From NCBI GenBank assembly GCA_036172245.1, contig JAYWIR010000010.1, positions 310,001 to 374,000 of the forward strand: a stretch of DNA of 64,000 nucleotides. The letters are read 5' to 3'. The stretch comes from Raillietiella orientalis. Its lineage: Eukaryota. Position 1 is the stretch's first letter, and every line of letters begins with the position of its first letter. The position numbers were made by a program, and so were the translations under genes. The notes under the pieces are model-generated. The model was not told the DNA's origin. It did no database searches and saw only the letters and a list, made by a program, of their open reading frames with translations. Positions 1-14,000 of this stretch are shown in pieces.

Positions 1-1279
1 CGGAACCTGCGTGACGACTGCCCCCATCCACGGGGTCTGTCTGACCGGGGAAAATGGGAGAGGAGCAGCACGAATCGCAAATCTCCCGGGAAAGAGTCTT
101 TCCTTCTGAAATGCTCGTTGCCTACCGCTGCCATCGCATCTTGGAGGCGCATCCTGCTCGAATGAAGTTGAGGAAGGGAGTTGTTCAACGATGACGCGTC
201 CTCCCTGCGGGCACAGTCCGACCCCTCCAGCTTTCCCCTCGTAGAGGAACGCTTCCCGCGTATCGGGGAAGCGGAAAGAGTTCCTACTATAGACTCGCGA
301 ACTGCGGCGAGACGTAGGTCGCACGAACTCCCCACGTGCATGATGAACCACGCCACAGAGTCAAGTCAAGGGTGGCGGGAACAACCATTCTTTGCCAAGA
401 AACTCCTTGCGAACCAGCCGCAATTTCATCCGGTTCCTTGTCTTCTGTGGTAAGAGGAGGAAGGAAGGGCCAGGGTCTGTTGGAGGGCGATCCTCAGCCG
501 GTTGGTTCACGCGGGTTCGCCATCCCTCGCGCTCGACTCGTTTCGTATCCTCGGCCTCGCGTCCATCAAGCGCCTGCCGAATTCTGGAGGGAAAGTGGAG
601 AGTAAAGGGTGGAGGAAGGGGTAACTCGCCTCGTCGCCGCGTCCCTGAAGGAGGTTCTCCTCTGCCCGAACTTTGCTCTTTCTGCTTTTCTCATCTGCCT
701 CGTCGGTCCTCCGCCGCTCTTCTCTCCCGTAATGGACCGCAACCTCTCGCATTTCCATCCCCGACCTCCTCATTCCGCTGCCGTCTTCCTGCTCCCCCCT
801 CCCTTCTCAACCTTCGTGAGGATTCCAGGCAACCTTGAGCTCTGGGTTCTGTTTGCGCGAACGGTTCGGGTTTTCTGGTTCAGACTGCCATGCCGAACTC
901 TTGGGTCACCTCATTGCTTGGCAACCCGGGTGGTGCGACTCCACAGATGCGTCCCTCGAGCGCGCATCCCCCTTGTCCGCTTTCCTTCCTGCTCCCCTTC
1001 GGGCCGATCCGATCTCGGAAAGGCAGGATGATGATGGTGCATGAGTTTGCTGAAAGCCACCGTTCCTACGAGGCGATTTTCTCACCCACCTTCAGCTCTT
1101 TCGGAAGGAAACGCTGCAAGGAGACACGGAAATGGGGCGTGGCCGCAGCTCAGGAAATGCCTGTTTGCCCTCAACATTACGGCGAGAATCCGAGCTTCTC
1201 CCTCTGACCTATAGCGCAAGCAGAGACCCTGCCTGACATGGACAGACGAAAGTCCGCTCCTTTGCGAAGGCGCGGGGCA

Positions 1280-1720
1280 TTGCTGGAGAGGTGAGGTCAG
1301 CTGGCACGTCAGCGTCTTCCTCCTGAAGCCTGTTTAGCTCGGGAGACACTCCAGCAGATGCGACCGGAGCGTGTCGCATCGCTAGAGGGACCCCCTCGCT
1401 ACGTGCTTCGAGCCTCCGACCTTCCCGCGTTTTCGAGGAGACGGAGGCAGCGCTTCAGAGGGAAGCCGGAGGGAATTTGCGGGGACGGACGTCCTCTGAG
1501 TGTTCTCTGGGGAGGGCAGAATCGCTTGCGAGAGAGAGAGAGTCAAAGGGATGAAAAGTTCGCGCGAGTTCGAGGGACGAGGCAAGATCGGCGCTCTCAT
1601 CGCGGGGCGACTGGATTTCCGGAGGAAGAATCAATCTGCTTGGTGTGGGAACTAGGGAAAGTACTCCCGTCCTCTCCCAGAGGGGCGGAAGACCTTCCCC
1701 AAGATGTCGGCGAGACGGCG
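1280..1720 (-). mobile_element. Decayed non-LTR RT relic
   Basis: GLPPLWERTGVLSLVP, ELARTFHPFDSL, VARGSL and DADV resemble RT motifs in the expected order. Confidence 0.3.
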
Positions 1721-4700
1721 GGCTCGAAGGAGTTTTGCTAAGCAGGGTTTTTCCTGGGAGCTGTGGGGAGATCGCGATCTGCGGAAGAGGAAAAAGCGGG
1801 TGGAAAACGACCTTCGAGGTTCGGTCCGGGTTCCAGTGTGGATATTCAAAAAGAGGGCGTGGGTGGCAGTCGGGCCTCATCTGCTTGGTAGGAGGTGGTG
1901 TCAAGTCAGGAGAGGAGTTTCCCAGGAGGATCCTGTGCCTGGTGCCACTGAGCTCCCAGTAAGAGTTCTCTGCCTCCACCGCAGCTTCCTCTCGACCCGT
2001 ATGAGGTCTCAAAAACCGGGCCCGGCGCTGTTTGACCTCGCCGATCGTCGCCGAGACATTCATCCGAGTTCCCCTGACACTCACTCCCACTCCCCTTTCA
2101 TACGTGGAAATTCCAGATGGAAGCCTGCGGGGTCGGGTCAGTTTTGTGCAAAATAATTTGCCAATCGAATTCGTGTTGAAAAACAAAAAAAGGCGGACAA
2201 AGAAGGAAAGGGGAACAAGCGGATGAGGGTGGGGGTGGTTTCAATCATCTGTTCCGCCCATCTATTTCTTTCAGTACGTTTCTCGATTCGCCTGAGGCAG
2301 CTTCGTTGCGGGAGGTGGCTTATCTCAAGGTTCCAGCGCACATCCCAGGAACACTGGATCTCCGATCAAACCATTCCCTTTCCGATGTGCCTCCCCCGGA
2401 AGGTCTCCTGAGAAGGAGACCTTCTGAAAGAAGCACTCCGAGAGGACTTCCTTACAGTAGAAGGGCACTCATTTGAAGGCGAATGGGGGAAGGCTTTTCT
2501 CTTCTATCTTACCTCTTCCAACGTCCTCGGTGGACTTGAGAGGGCTGGAGAGTTTCCAGCGGCTGCCTCCCCCTCTACCCGGGGCTCTGCGTCCGTCTCG
2601 AGTTTGGAGTCCACGGATTCGAGACTGAGGGCGAAATGTCCTCGTCTGAGGCGGATGCCATAGGGATGTGATGTCTCCCCCGAGAACGCTCCCTGCTCGG
2701 TGTGAGCGTAGGGAGAGATCTGCCGAGACTCGATCTCCCTCAGATGAGGTCTTCTGCCCGAGTATCCTTCCCTTCGTTTCCGAAACGGGCACTCAGCGGG
2801 CACTGGGAAGTTCCGCTTCGTTCCGTGAGCCATCTCACCCGGCGCCGAATGTTCCAACGAGTCCGGAGCAAAGTTCCTTCCGGGAAAGCCTCCAGCCAAT
2901 CTGGCCGGCTCCGCGCGGATAAACGAGTGCAGAACAGGAAAGAACGGGATTTCGCGCTCGCTGTTGTGGTTTTCCGACTGACTTTCTTAACGTCAGGAGA
3001 GGAGGGGCAACGCTCTTCGAAGGGCTGCTCCACAGTTGCTGTGAAAGACCAGGAAGCCTGTTCATCGACCCTGAATGCAAAGAACCACGCGACGCACCAG
3101 TGCTCGACAGAGATCCTCCCACTCGTCGGAAGCAAAACCATCAGAACGCAAGAGCTTTTTAATTTGCCTAGAAACTGGCACTTCGCTAATCAGGGGCCAC
3201 CGGGGTGCTGGTGGTCTTTGATTCCCGTTTGCACGTGTGGCCTGTGAAGACCTCGTAGACGCTCTTGTTCAAACGAAGGACGGTGTTTGCATGCTGTGAA
3301 GGGGTGGTTAACTCGGTAGAGCACCGGTTCGTCATCGCGCTGCTGACGAAAATGAAAGAGGTGGCAGGAGGAATCGCTGCCCTCAGCTCCTCATCTATCC
3401 AAACACTTCGAAGAGCCACTCTGCTCTTACGGACACTTGAATCCCCAACAGAACTCTGGTGCCGTGCTTCTCTTCTGGATTCCGATTCCAAGATGAACCT
3501 TCACGTCTTCTTTCTGAAGTCTTCCGGAAAGTTGTGCTGCAAAGATTGCTTTGAAGTCGTCTCAATCAGAAAACTAGCAGCCATCTCCATGAGATTCAGC
3601 GGAATTGGTGGTCATCATGTTTCTCACGCTCCGACACTACTATGCGTGGCTGCATCCATCGATTTCGAAAATCAAATGGGTCTTTTGTGAACCCATCCTT
3701 CTCTTTCGAGGAAGTTTTTAACGAGCGGAGAGGGGTAGTAGAAGGCCTGTCGATCTATCTGGGTTGCGGCCCGCTCCCGTTCGAAGGATCGAGAGGGTTG
3801 GATCAAATGGCTCGTGGTCGGGTCGCGCGCAGTGCCGCTGCTTCCTTCTAGGCAAAAAAGGAATATCGAGCAGGAGACGTGCAGTTGTGTTTGGCAAAAT
3901 GCAGATCGATGCAGGACTTTCTTTGTTCGGTTTGGCCACCCTTCTTCGACCGAGGATGGAAGGCATGAAGATGCCGCTAGCTGCTCAGTTTACCATCTCA
4001 AAATCGTTCAGCTCCTCTCTTCTGTTTCTCGCCATCTTCCTTCTCCATTACTTTTCTTTTTCTTATCTGCACCCAGGGTCTGCTTGCGGAGCACTTAAGA
4101 CGAGCCGGGCGCTTTGCGATTCAATGAACGGATGTGAGACTATTTAAAAGGACAAGAGGAAAAGACATCGGAAGACAACCAAGGATCGCGTCACGTGAAA
4201 CTGCCAGCCGATGTTCTTGAATCGGAGGATGTTTTCATCCGTACCAATTCATCCACGCAGGAAGGATGATGACAAGTCCCCACTAGGTGGTTTGTAGGCG
4301 AGGAGATGAGGTTACACGGGATCGATGAAAATCGATCCACGTGGCAGCAAGCTGGATGTGATTAGAAGGGCAAAAAGGATGAAGATCGAAGCTTCCGATT
4401 CACTGACGTCCGAAGTTCTGAAACCAATGCAAGCAAAGAGTAAATTTCGGACGTATCCCTCGTAATCTTCTCGATGATCGGAACATGGAAAGTCAAGCGA
4501 AGCGATAAAATCGGCTCAGAAATGGAAGGGGGGAGGAGGCGAATGCCAAGTAGGATGTATCAACAAGATGACCTGGAAGGGAGAGAAACAATGAGAAAGA
4601 GAACCAATGGGAGGAATGTCAGCAGGGTTCGAAAGAGATCTTTAATGACAAGATGCTCTTTCGGGAGTGTAATGTAAACTGCAAGATGGGAATCCAACTG

Positions 4701-7272
4701 TGCGTCTTTACATGTTTTCCATTTCGCAAACAACTCGGACCTTCAACGGGAGAGAGCTCGGCACATCAAGATGAGGAGAAAAAAACGCTGCAACGGAGCT
4801 GCTGCAACTCTTCGCCTTCGGCAGCGCTCTACGGATGGACGAATCAACTCTCTCTATAAAGTGCCTCCACGAATCAATCGACTGACTCGTTTCGGTGATC
4901 TTCATCGCACCGCGGGGCGAGCAAGCGGGAATCCTTAGGCGACTGGCAAAGCAGTAGGTGGATGTCGTCCTGCGAGAGACTGGACCCATCCCCTGCAGAT
5001 GCTGAGTGGTTTTTTTTCCTGACCCAGAGACTCTATCGTCCTCATTTTGTATCCATCGCATCTGTTGCCACAGTCAATCTGTGAAAGGATGTCTGGTTTT
5101 ACCTCGTAACATGGGAAGGAAATTATAATAAGGATGATAATAAAAGCTGGGAGCTTGCGAGTAGAATCGTTCTTTCGCTATAGCAGAATTGGTGGATGGA
5201 ATCTCAGCTTCTAGATGGTTCGACCATTGATCGGAACAGGAAGCTTATCAAATGCACGTCGCCCAGCCCATTTCTGAAGTTGGTTTTTTGATTAATAGCG
5301 ATTTCTCTATTGAGAGGAATGGGCAAATCGGATGAATCGAAACTTCCTCGACCCAGATCTTGCAACAGGAACAAAAAAAGGCTGGAGTGAGATGCTGCCC
5401 TGCAAATCTCAAGTAATGGATTGCCCCGTGATCGCACTCTGGTTTTCCTCCTTTTGCAGAACACGTAAAAAGTCAAACCAAAAATAGCGTGCATCCAAGG
5501 CTGGCAGCGGAACAAATCCACGCTGCCCATCCACTAAATGCATTTGGAGCTCGCATGTGAAACGATCCATCTCCGCAGAGCCCATTCTTTCCCTACGGGA
5601 AGCCATCATCTGCATGCTTCCTGTTTCAGGATCAGGGAAACTCAAGGATGCTGAGAGCTTCGTTCCCCGAACGCCCAGAGAGTGCTGCGAGAAGGAATCT
5701 TCGCTGTTTCTCTAAATCACCCACTCGTGATCCCCCCACCCGGAGAAAGGAGCCAAAGTCTTCAGCCAGAGGCCTCGTGGGACCATCGCTTTCTTGCTGC
5801 AGGCCGTGCAAATCCCGAAAAACAGCAGCGCCGGAGCCTCGGCGTGTTGGAGCTTTCGCGTGTTTCCTGCGAAGACAGCGAGCCCTCTTTCTCCCTCTCC
5901 GAGCCCGGCAAGTGCACCTCAGGCGACAACTCTTTGATGCGGCTACATCTCCTTCTCCAGCCCTGAAAGAGATCGATCAAAGTTCACGCCATGGAGTTCC
6001 CATTGTGAAGACCGATCGCAACTCTTGGACTTTTTTTCTCCAGCAACCGGTTCCATTCCAGGCACGCATGCCGAAAAAGCCAACCGGGTCTGTTACGAGT
6101 CAAATCAGGAACGATCCTGAGATCTCATTTTGCCAACTTTGATCGGCGATATTCCAGAAGGTTTCCGGAGCATCATGAATACTTCATCCCGTTGAGCGCA
6201 GGGTCGCAGGGATGCAATCTCGGGTGCGTGAGCCACGGCACCGCGGCTAACGCAAACGCCGGATCTGTTTTAATCATTTATCCTTTCTTCGTGCACGAGA
6301 AACCCGCGATGCGCTTTCCTGCATCCCGAGAGAAGAAATCGCGCGGGATGCAGACGGGCTTTTCCGACCTCCAGCTTGCAGTGGCAGTCCCTTCGGAAAA
6401 TCCTTTCCGGAGACGCTCCTACAAGACCACTTTGCGATGGGAAACGGAAGTGCGGTGTCAGGATGCTGAGGGGGAGCTTCTGTTCCGAGTGCTCCAGATC
6501 TTAGCTCCTGTTGGCGGCCGGGTGCCTCATGAACACATCACGAAGCAAAAAGCAAAAGGAAGAAGGAGAGACGGAAAAAAGCGGGTTGCTGGTGCCTCAC
6601 TCCACGAGCTCGAACCTTTTCCAAACCGTGCACAGACTCGCATTCTATAAACAGTGCCAACAAAAAACCTATTCAACCCTTTAAAAAAGAGAGAAAAAAA
6701 AATTTTTTTTCTTCTCTTTTGTTTTAGAAAATTTGAGCTCTGCGAAGTGCGAATGCAAATGAAGGAATGTTCCGACGTCTGCGCCGAATGATTAGACGTT
6801 TCGTCTGGTTGTGTCCACGATGTATTCCCCAAGCAATTACGTCAGAGAGTGTCCACGAGAATGGAGTTCATAAATTCTCACTCCCGGAACGAAATCCGTG
6901 AATCTCCAACGCATCGCTAAACACACATCCAGGAATGCGAGATGCTGGCGCTTCGTTGACGCAGGAGAGGGTCGTAGACGAAGACCCGCGCTCTTACGGG
7001 ATCTTCCGATGGCCCATGTAGAGGCAGACGGATGGGAACGGGGAGTAGGCACTTTCCTGTATGGAATTTTTCCTGTGGCGATGCTAGTGGACCTTGTTCT
7101 ATTTATGTTCATGTGGATGTCCATTCGTTCCCCCAGATGCGTTCCCGACTCCCGGTTACTATTAACGGCGCCTCCGCTTTATCCTCACTCGCGAAAGCGT
7201 TTGTTTTCGGCATAGAAGATCTCTGAATTTCCGGGTCACGTGCTCGAATGATCTGATTCTTGTGCCCTTTAG

Positions 7273-8006
7273 GGAAGGAGCGAGAAAGGAGCCCATGGAG
7301 TTTTCAGGACTTCGGGCACGCTGAGCCGAAAAGTTTCCTGGCAAATCTCGTTCAGCAAATCCGTCATCAACCCAGATGAAACTCTGTACATCCGCTGGTT
7401 GTTTTTGATCACCATCTGCTACCTTTACAACCTGTGGACCCCCATCGTGCGACAAGCCTTCCCTGAACTCCAGGACAGCTACAGTACGCTCTGGTTCTTT
7501 TGCGACATCATAACGGACTTTTTCTATTTTCTGGACATAATGTTCCAGTTCCGGACTGGGTACCTGGAGCAAGGCCTGATGGTGTGCAACAGCAAGAAAC
7601 TGGCGCTCCACTACTGCAAGTCGAAATATTTCATCATTGATGTGATCAGCCTGATCCCTCTGGAAATGCTGCAGTTCCACATAGGGAAAAATCCCATACT
7701 GAGATTCCCTAGACTGTGCAAATTGTACCGCGTGTACAGCTATTACTATGTGCTGGAGTCCCGAACTATCTACCCCAACATTTGGAGAGTGGTTAACCTC
7801 TTGCACATTTTGCTGCTGCTGGCCCACTGGTTCGGCTGCTTCTACTTCATGATATCGGAATCGGAGAACTTCAAGGGCTCGTGGGTGTACCCTAACCCCA
7901 CTGGAGATTTCGCCACCCTTACGCGCAAGTACCTCGGCTCCGTGTACTGGTCGACTCTTACCCTCACGACCATAGGGGATCTTCCCACTCCGGAAACGAA
8001 CGCAGA
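7273..8006 (+). CDS. Cngl: Cngl coding exon A (S1-S5 and pore helix/filter)
   Basis: Acceptor ccctttag at 7272; open frame GRSEKG...[25 protein letters not shown]...[10 protein letters not shown]...[11 protein letters not shown](S4)...[20 protein letters not shown]; donor GA|gtgagt at 8007. Confidence 0.93.
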
Positions 8007-11000
8007 GTGAGTAGCAAACCGAAACTTTCGCTTTTGTTCTGGGAGTCGAATGGTTCCCTGCGCCTGCGAGAGCACTTGGTCTTCGAGGCCCTTAGTCTGG
8101 ACGGTGCCTCCTCTCGTTGGGGCAAGCAGTTCAAGGGGAAGCGAATGGTGTTTCCACCAGAGTTCTTGGACGCGTTCTTCGAGGGCACCGGGAAGCAGAG
8201 TCGGGTTCTGCCTGGCAGCGGCGGCACGGCACGGAGAACCGGTAGCGAAGGCTTCCGCACCCACTCCGCGGATCCCGAATCCTCCCCGGAAATGAAACCT
8301 CACGCTGATGCGCAGCCTCGGTTCCCCATAGTTCAAGTTCCCCAATTTCTCGGGTGCAGAGGGCGCTCTGTCCCGAACTGATTCGAGTGCGAAGAAATGC
8401 CCCAACGCTCGCTCATCAGCAGCCACCCGAGAAATTCGCGGAACGTAGCGAGCGGACGGATCGCAGTTCTCGCCGCAAAAGAAACCACGCACCACAAGAA
8501 CCACGACATCCCCGCTGCTACCTTTCCATTCGTTCGCTGCCGACTTGCGTGCCTGCTCCCGAAGTTTCCCAAAACGAAATGGGTCGAAGGACGGCAAAGG
8601 GACGAATCCCCGATGCGTTCAGTGATCGAGGAGTGGCTGCGGATAACAGACGGCGGTTGTCCGTACCCTCTGGAGGACACCGTCGTTTATATGAGGCTGC
8701 TCCACACGGTGTTTCTCTCAGAAGCACACGTGCACAGGCGGCTTTTCCCCATCCCTGCAGGACATCCTTGCTTTCAAAGTAGCCGCTTTCATCTCAGGAA
8801 ACACTTCATTCGGATCGAAAATCGGATTCCCGTTGCAGGAGCACACCGCGGTCCCGCGCCTCTTTGCGGTTGGACCGAAGGGTCGCCTGGATCCCTCACA
8901 GGCGATTTCGTTAGATCTCCTCGTCCCAACTTGCGGTGCATCCTTGATGAATGGCGCCTTGTGTCCCACACGCTCCACTCGTTAGAAGCTGCTCGTTTCG
9001 AGGTCTCCGTGGCGTGGCAAATCCAACACATCCCGGTAGGTTCTTCTCGGCAGACGAGTGTTTCCCTTCGCAAGTGCGCGCCGTTCTGAACACGTTCTTC
9101 ACGCTTGCAGGGGGTCGCTTGTTCACGTCCCAATTGCTCCGCAGGGGAACAGAATCAGTGATGCGCTGGTATGGGCACCCTTCCCGGTTCAGATATCCGG
9201 AAGAAGCCTCCACAGGAGATTGTGTCACCGTGGGGCGCCATGGTTTATGAATTGCAAGCGGCTTTCACTGAGGCCTGGGAATGATTTTTCCGGCCTTTTC
9301 GATCCAGGAGAGCACAGTCCAAGTGCTCCCTGATTTTGCGCTCCTGAGAATCCTTGTGTGCTTGTTCTCTACGGAGTTCAGCCGATGAATACAAGGAGAG
9401 ATCTGCGGGAAGAAGCTCTGGGAGACTGGGAGTTTTCTCGGATTGGCGCGCAGACTGCGTCCCAAAGATGATCTCGAAAAGGTTCTCGTATGCTTTCTTC
9501 TGCTCTCTTCCATTTCTTTCTTCTATCATTCACGTCTTTCTGTCATTCACTTCTCTCTGGAAGGATCCTGTTTTCTGGTCCTTCAAAGAGCACTCGTCTC
9601 TTCTCATTTGTTTTTCGAGAAGTCCTTCTCTTTACAGCACATAGTGAAAGGGTTCTGAATTTCCACGTCATCGAGCGAGTTTATTCTTTTTCGCACTCTC
9701 CTTCGTTTTTCTCCATTGGTGATGAGAATCAGAAGTAGAATGTTGCCACCAGTTTTGTGCAGTGCCAGATCGATGGAACCCACTGGCTCTGGTGGCGGAA
9801 TGTTGCTTGCCTACCAACTACGGTTTTTTTTCGTGAAAGAGAATTATCACAGTTGTATATCTTAAAGATGAACAGAACGCTGAATAGAATCTTGAAGGTT
9901 TCCACTACTGGCAAGCTCAAATACTGACTGGGGATCCAGCTGCCGAGTACACGTTGAGGAATGATTCAACAGCGAGCGGAGATGCTGCAGGAGTAATCAA
10001 CCGGGACTGAGTGAATCTTCCTTCTCTAGCTAGTTTTTTCCTTTTTTTTTTTCTTTTTCGGAGAAGATTTGTGGTTATCTCAGCATGAAAACATCTGCAT
10101 ATGTTTTTCGAAAAGTCCTTCTTCTCTGCGTTGCGATTCCTTGCACAGTTCCGGTGCTTACTGGCAGCTAAGAGGAAACGTTCTTGGTGGCTGTCCGAGT
10201 TCGATGATTGCCATCTATGGATGCAGCTGCCGAATTCCTCTTCAGATGACGAGAACGTTGGTTTCGAAATAAACAGAACCGCGAAACTCCGACGGACTGC
10301 AAAGTCTGAACAGAAAGCCATTCGGATTCGAAACGGAGGAGAAACGACTTTGAGATAGAGGGTCGAAATACTGCGAACACACGAGGTGACCGATGGGGCC
10401 ATGAACCGAAACGGAGTGCAGAACGGTTGGAGTCAGCTCAAAGGACACTGTGGGGCACTGTATGCCAGAGGGACGGCCAGAAATGCACTAGGCACTTCAT
10501 CGACAGACGGAGAATCGATCAGACTGCTTAAGCCCATAGAATATCGAGAGCTTGACCGAGGGGATGGCGGCAGGATGGACTCCAGAAAATTACTAATTCC
10601 AAGGTCTGACATTTTGGTTTTGATCGAAAGAGTTTCTATTTTACTATCTGAGTCCTTTCCGACTGTACCAAGGAATGCTCTCTCGACAGCCATTTTGATC
10701 GAAAACGAACGAAGCATCCTATGATACTGTGAACGCAATTCATCAACCTGTCGTCTCACCCAATTCACAAGTTCTTCTTTTTGCTATCGTTTGGATAATT
10801 TCATTGTTCCAAATATTTTGGTCCAGTACAGGCAGCATTTCTCCTGCCAACGAAACAGACACACAGGATGGTTAATATGAATAGTGGACTGTCCACAGTC
10901 ACGAACAAAGATTGCTTCCAGTTTACCCGTGTTTCCATAGCTCCGATGCTGATCGACGAATCCTGCCTTCCCTTTCTTCTTCTTCGATTCTCCATTAGGA

Positions 11001-14000
11001 TCCTCAGGAAGAAATTTGCTCTTTAGGAAACTAATGAGGGTAGTGTTCGTGGAGTCCGGATCTCCGGCCAAGAACGGATGGAACTGATTTGCTTTCCAAC
11101 ATCAAGCCCAAACGGCAAAGAATCCCTCTCCAAAGAGAGTGCCCGGAGGCGGCATCCAAGAACACTTCTCCCCTCCACTTGCTTCGCTCCAGAGGTCACC
11201 GTGTACCTACAGAGGAGCAAATCCCGCTCTAAGAGATGCCTGCTCCACTTTGGTTCTGCGTCCCGGAGCCATTTCACATATCGAACCAGGATCTATTCTA
11301 GCCGACGGAAATCCCAATCGAGCCGGGGAGCGACTGGCTAGGGAGAATTTTTGCAGAAGACAACGCCACTCGACTTTCGGTTTCATCTATCGAAACTGAG
11401 AGGAAGTCGCCATAGCACAGTTTCTCCGAATAGATGGCCCAGGAGAGTCGCTCTCAGAGGCAGCGCACTGTTTATGCGTGCTGCCCCTGAGTCGGGAGTC
11501 CAAGATATCCCGCGACCCGGTTCTGGAAGGCGAATTCCCACTCTTCGGTGCCAGCTTCCGGGCGATACGAAAATCATGAGCCCAGCCTACTCTGGGAAAA
11601 GCGGAGAGAAAGCTGTTTTCCAAACAGAAGGGGCCTTTTCGGAAAGGCCCCTTCTGTTTGGAAACTACTCGGAATTTTCCTTCCAAAGAGCCGAATAGCA
11701 AGAACGCGGCAGCGAAGTAGGCGACTGTTCGGAGGCGGTCTTTCACGAGATGGGGGATGGATTGGGACCAGCCGCTGACGACACTTTCGCGCCTGGCAGA
11801 CTGCGACTCTCACGTGCCCGAACACGCGATTTCTCTGTAGCACGCATCCTCGTGCACGAAATACGTGTGTTGGGGAGCAGGCCGTTTCGGGTCAAACCAT
11901 CAGATGCACCCCCGCCAACAGAAGAGTCGAGAGAGGATGACGCTTTCCGGTGCTGAGATCCTGAGGCGGCTGCGTGGCATCAGTGGCACCAAACCGTGCG
12001 GTGCTGCACCCTGTACCTTCGATCTCAACCGTGGATACGGTGCCTCCCACCGGGGGAGGACAACTTTCGCGGCAGCTGAGTGCGAGGGAGGCAAAGCGAG
12101 GGAACTTTGGTCACCCGCTTTCTCGGCGGTCCCAAAATTCAGGGGCGAGCGCGAGCAAGGGTTTCCTTCTTCTTCCGGCTGCTCCCTCCCTTCCTCTCCC
12201 TCGCCCTTCTCCTCGTTCCGTTCCCTCCTGCTATTCCACGCTCCCACATCCACAACAAGTGGGACAGTCTCGTCTCGTCACGGGAACGTGAGAGGACGAA
12301 CTTTCCCTCTCCTCCGCTCATTACGTGCGGCCCTCTGGGGTACGCAAACGAAGGGAGGATCCTCCCGCCTCCGTCTATCCCGGGCAATGCGTGCTCCATA
12401 CAGACGAGCCGCCTGGCCATGTTCGAGCCGCGAAAGACCTACGTGCTGGCACGCGTGGGAGACATGAGCGGGGGTACCCGAGGGGCCGACGTGATTCTCC
12501 AGCATGTGAAGAAGGAGCGGGCATCGCCGAGCGAATGCCAAGCGGCGGCGCCGCGTTCCGGGGCTCCGTGCAGAGGGAGCTCTTCCGCGCAACCGGTCCA
12601 GCGTGTTTCGTGCTCTCGAACGTGCTGAAGTTCGGGTGTTCGGCATGCGGGTTCGCACGTCTCCTCCCCCTTCCGCTTGGAGCGGGCACGGAGCGGCGCG
12701 GTGCCTCCGCCGGTGCAGTTCTTCGCCTGCAAGGCTGGCCAAAAGGCCAACCAAAAGAGTCCTTTCCGCCAGTCCCGAGTTGACAGCCCGAACCGCCCTG
12801 CCCGGAAGTTCTCCTGCTCGCAGGTGACCCCTCGAATGGTCCCCGATGCAGCTCCATCATCCGTTCGGTTTCACTTCGGCTATTGTGCCTTTACGAGGAC
12901 TTCGGAAGGGAGAAACAGTCAAAATCAGGCGACAGGGCTGTGCATCACCTTGGTTCATCTAACCAACCTGGCTAGATGGTCCTTCGATTCTTCGTAGCCT
13001 TCCCGTTACGGAAGATGAACCTCCCCATGCCTCGATCTCCTTAGTGCTGATGAATGGGTCCCCGCGATCTGCATGACTTACGGTAACGGTAGCGCTGAAA
13101 GACGCTTCTTTTTTTTTTGTCTTCGCTCCGCTGCCTCCCCGAGAAATCCTCCTGCTGCTTTCTTTTCCTTTTCTATCTTTTTGCTCTCGGTTATCCCCAA
13201 GTACCGAGCACCGCGATTTTCCCTTTTCCGGACAGCACCTCGTGGAGAAGAATTCGTCTTGTTGAGGTGTGCTCCTCCATGAGCGGACTTCATCCTCCCA
13301 TGCACTTGATCTCTCCCAGCATTCGAGGTGCGAACTCCCCTTTGTTTGCGCACGCTGCGAGATCAGAGGATAAAAACGATCCCTTTTTATTCGTGGTTCC
13401 GAGAGGAGGTGGAGGGTGTTCCTGCCGCCTCTTCCCGAGAGAGTCCATATTCCGATACTATTTAATCCTTATTTACTAACATCCGCGGGATCGTTTGCGT
13501 TCCTTTTTTGTTTTTGTTCTTTTTCAGCTCCCCTTTTTCTTTTTTTCCGGCAGACGTCGATGCCTCGTCGGTCCCGAAACGGCTTCCTTGCGGCAGCCAC
13601 CTCATTTCCCTACTTATCTTCCTCGGTTCTGCCCAATTATACGATCCGAAAGTGAAAAACTAGGCGGGATTTTATGGCGCAAGAAAAATCTCTTCGCCAC
13701 TTCCATTAGCAGGCTGAATAGATCTGGAACTTCCCGGAAAGCTTCAGAGTGTTGCTCCTTCACGCTCCATTCCTCCCGAATGTAATCTGGAAGCGAACGC
13801 GGCTAATGCCGAGATAAGGATGAGGTCAATTAGCGAGGGAAGAACGCGGTCCTTTTGAGGACCTTGCTTGAGGAGGGGAAGGTGGCACGAGGAATCGATT
13901 TTTCCCTCTTTTGGAGGATTCTGCTCGCTCGAGCGGCGGTCGCCAGCCCCAGGCGCGCAGGTCGCCGGCTCCGCGGCGTCCGCCGCCGGGGTCGCACCAG

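Noticed and set aside
6898..7226. Candidate first coding exon(s) of Cngl
   Set aside because: I could not build a convincing ATG-to-donor chain joining exon A in phase 0; left unannotated.
7162..7827. 221-aa antisense ORF (also 44463-45191, 45519-46088, 46095-46547)
   Set aside because: Shadow frames of GC3-rich Cngl exons; no independent motifs.
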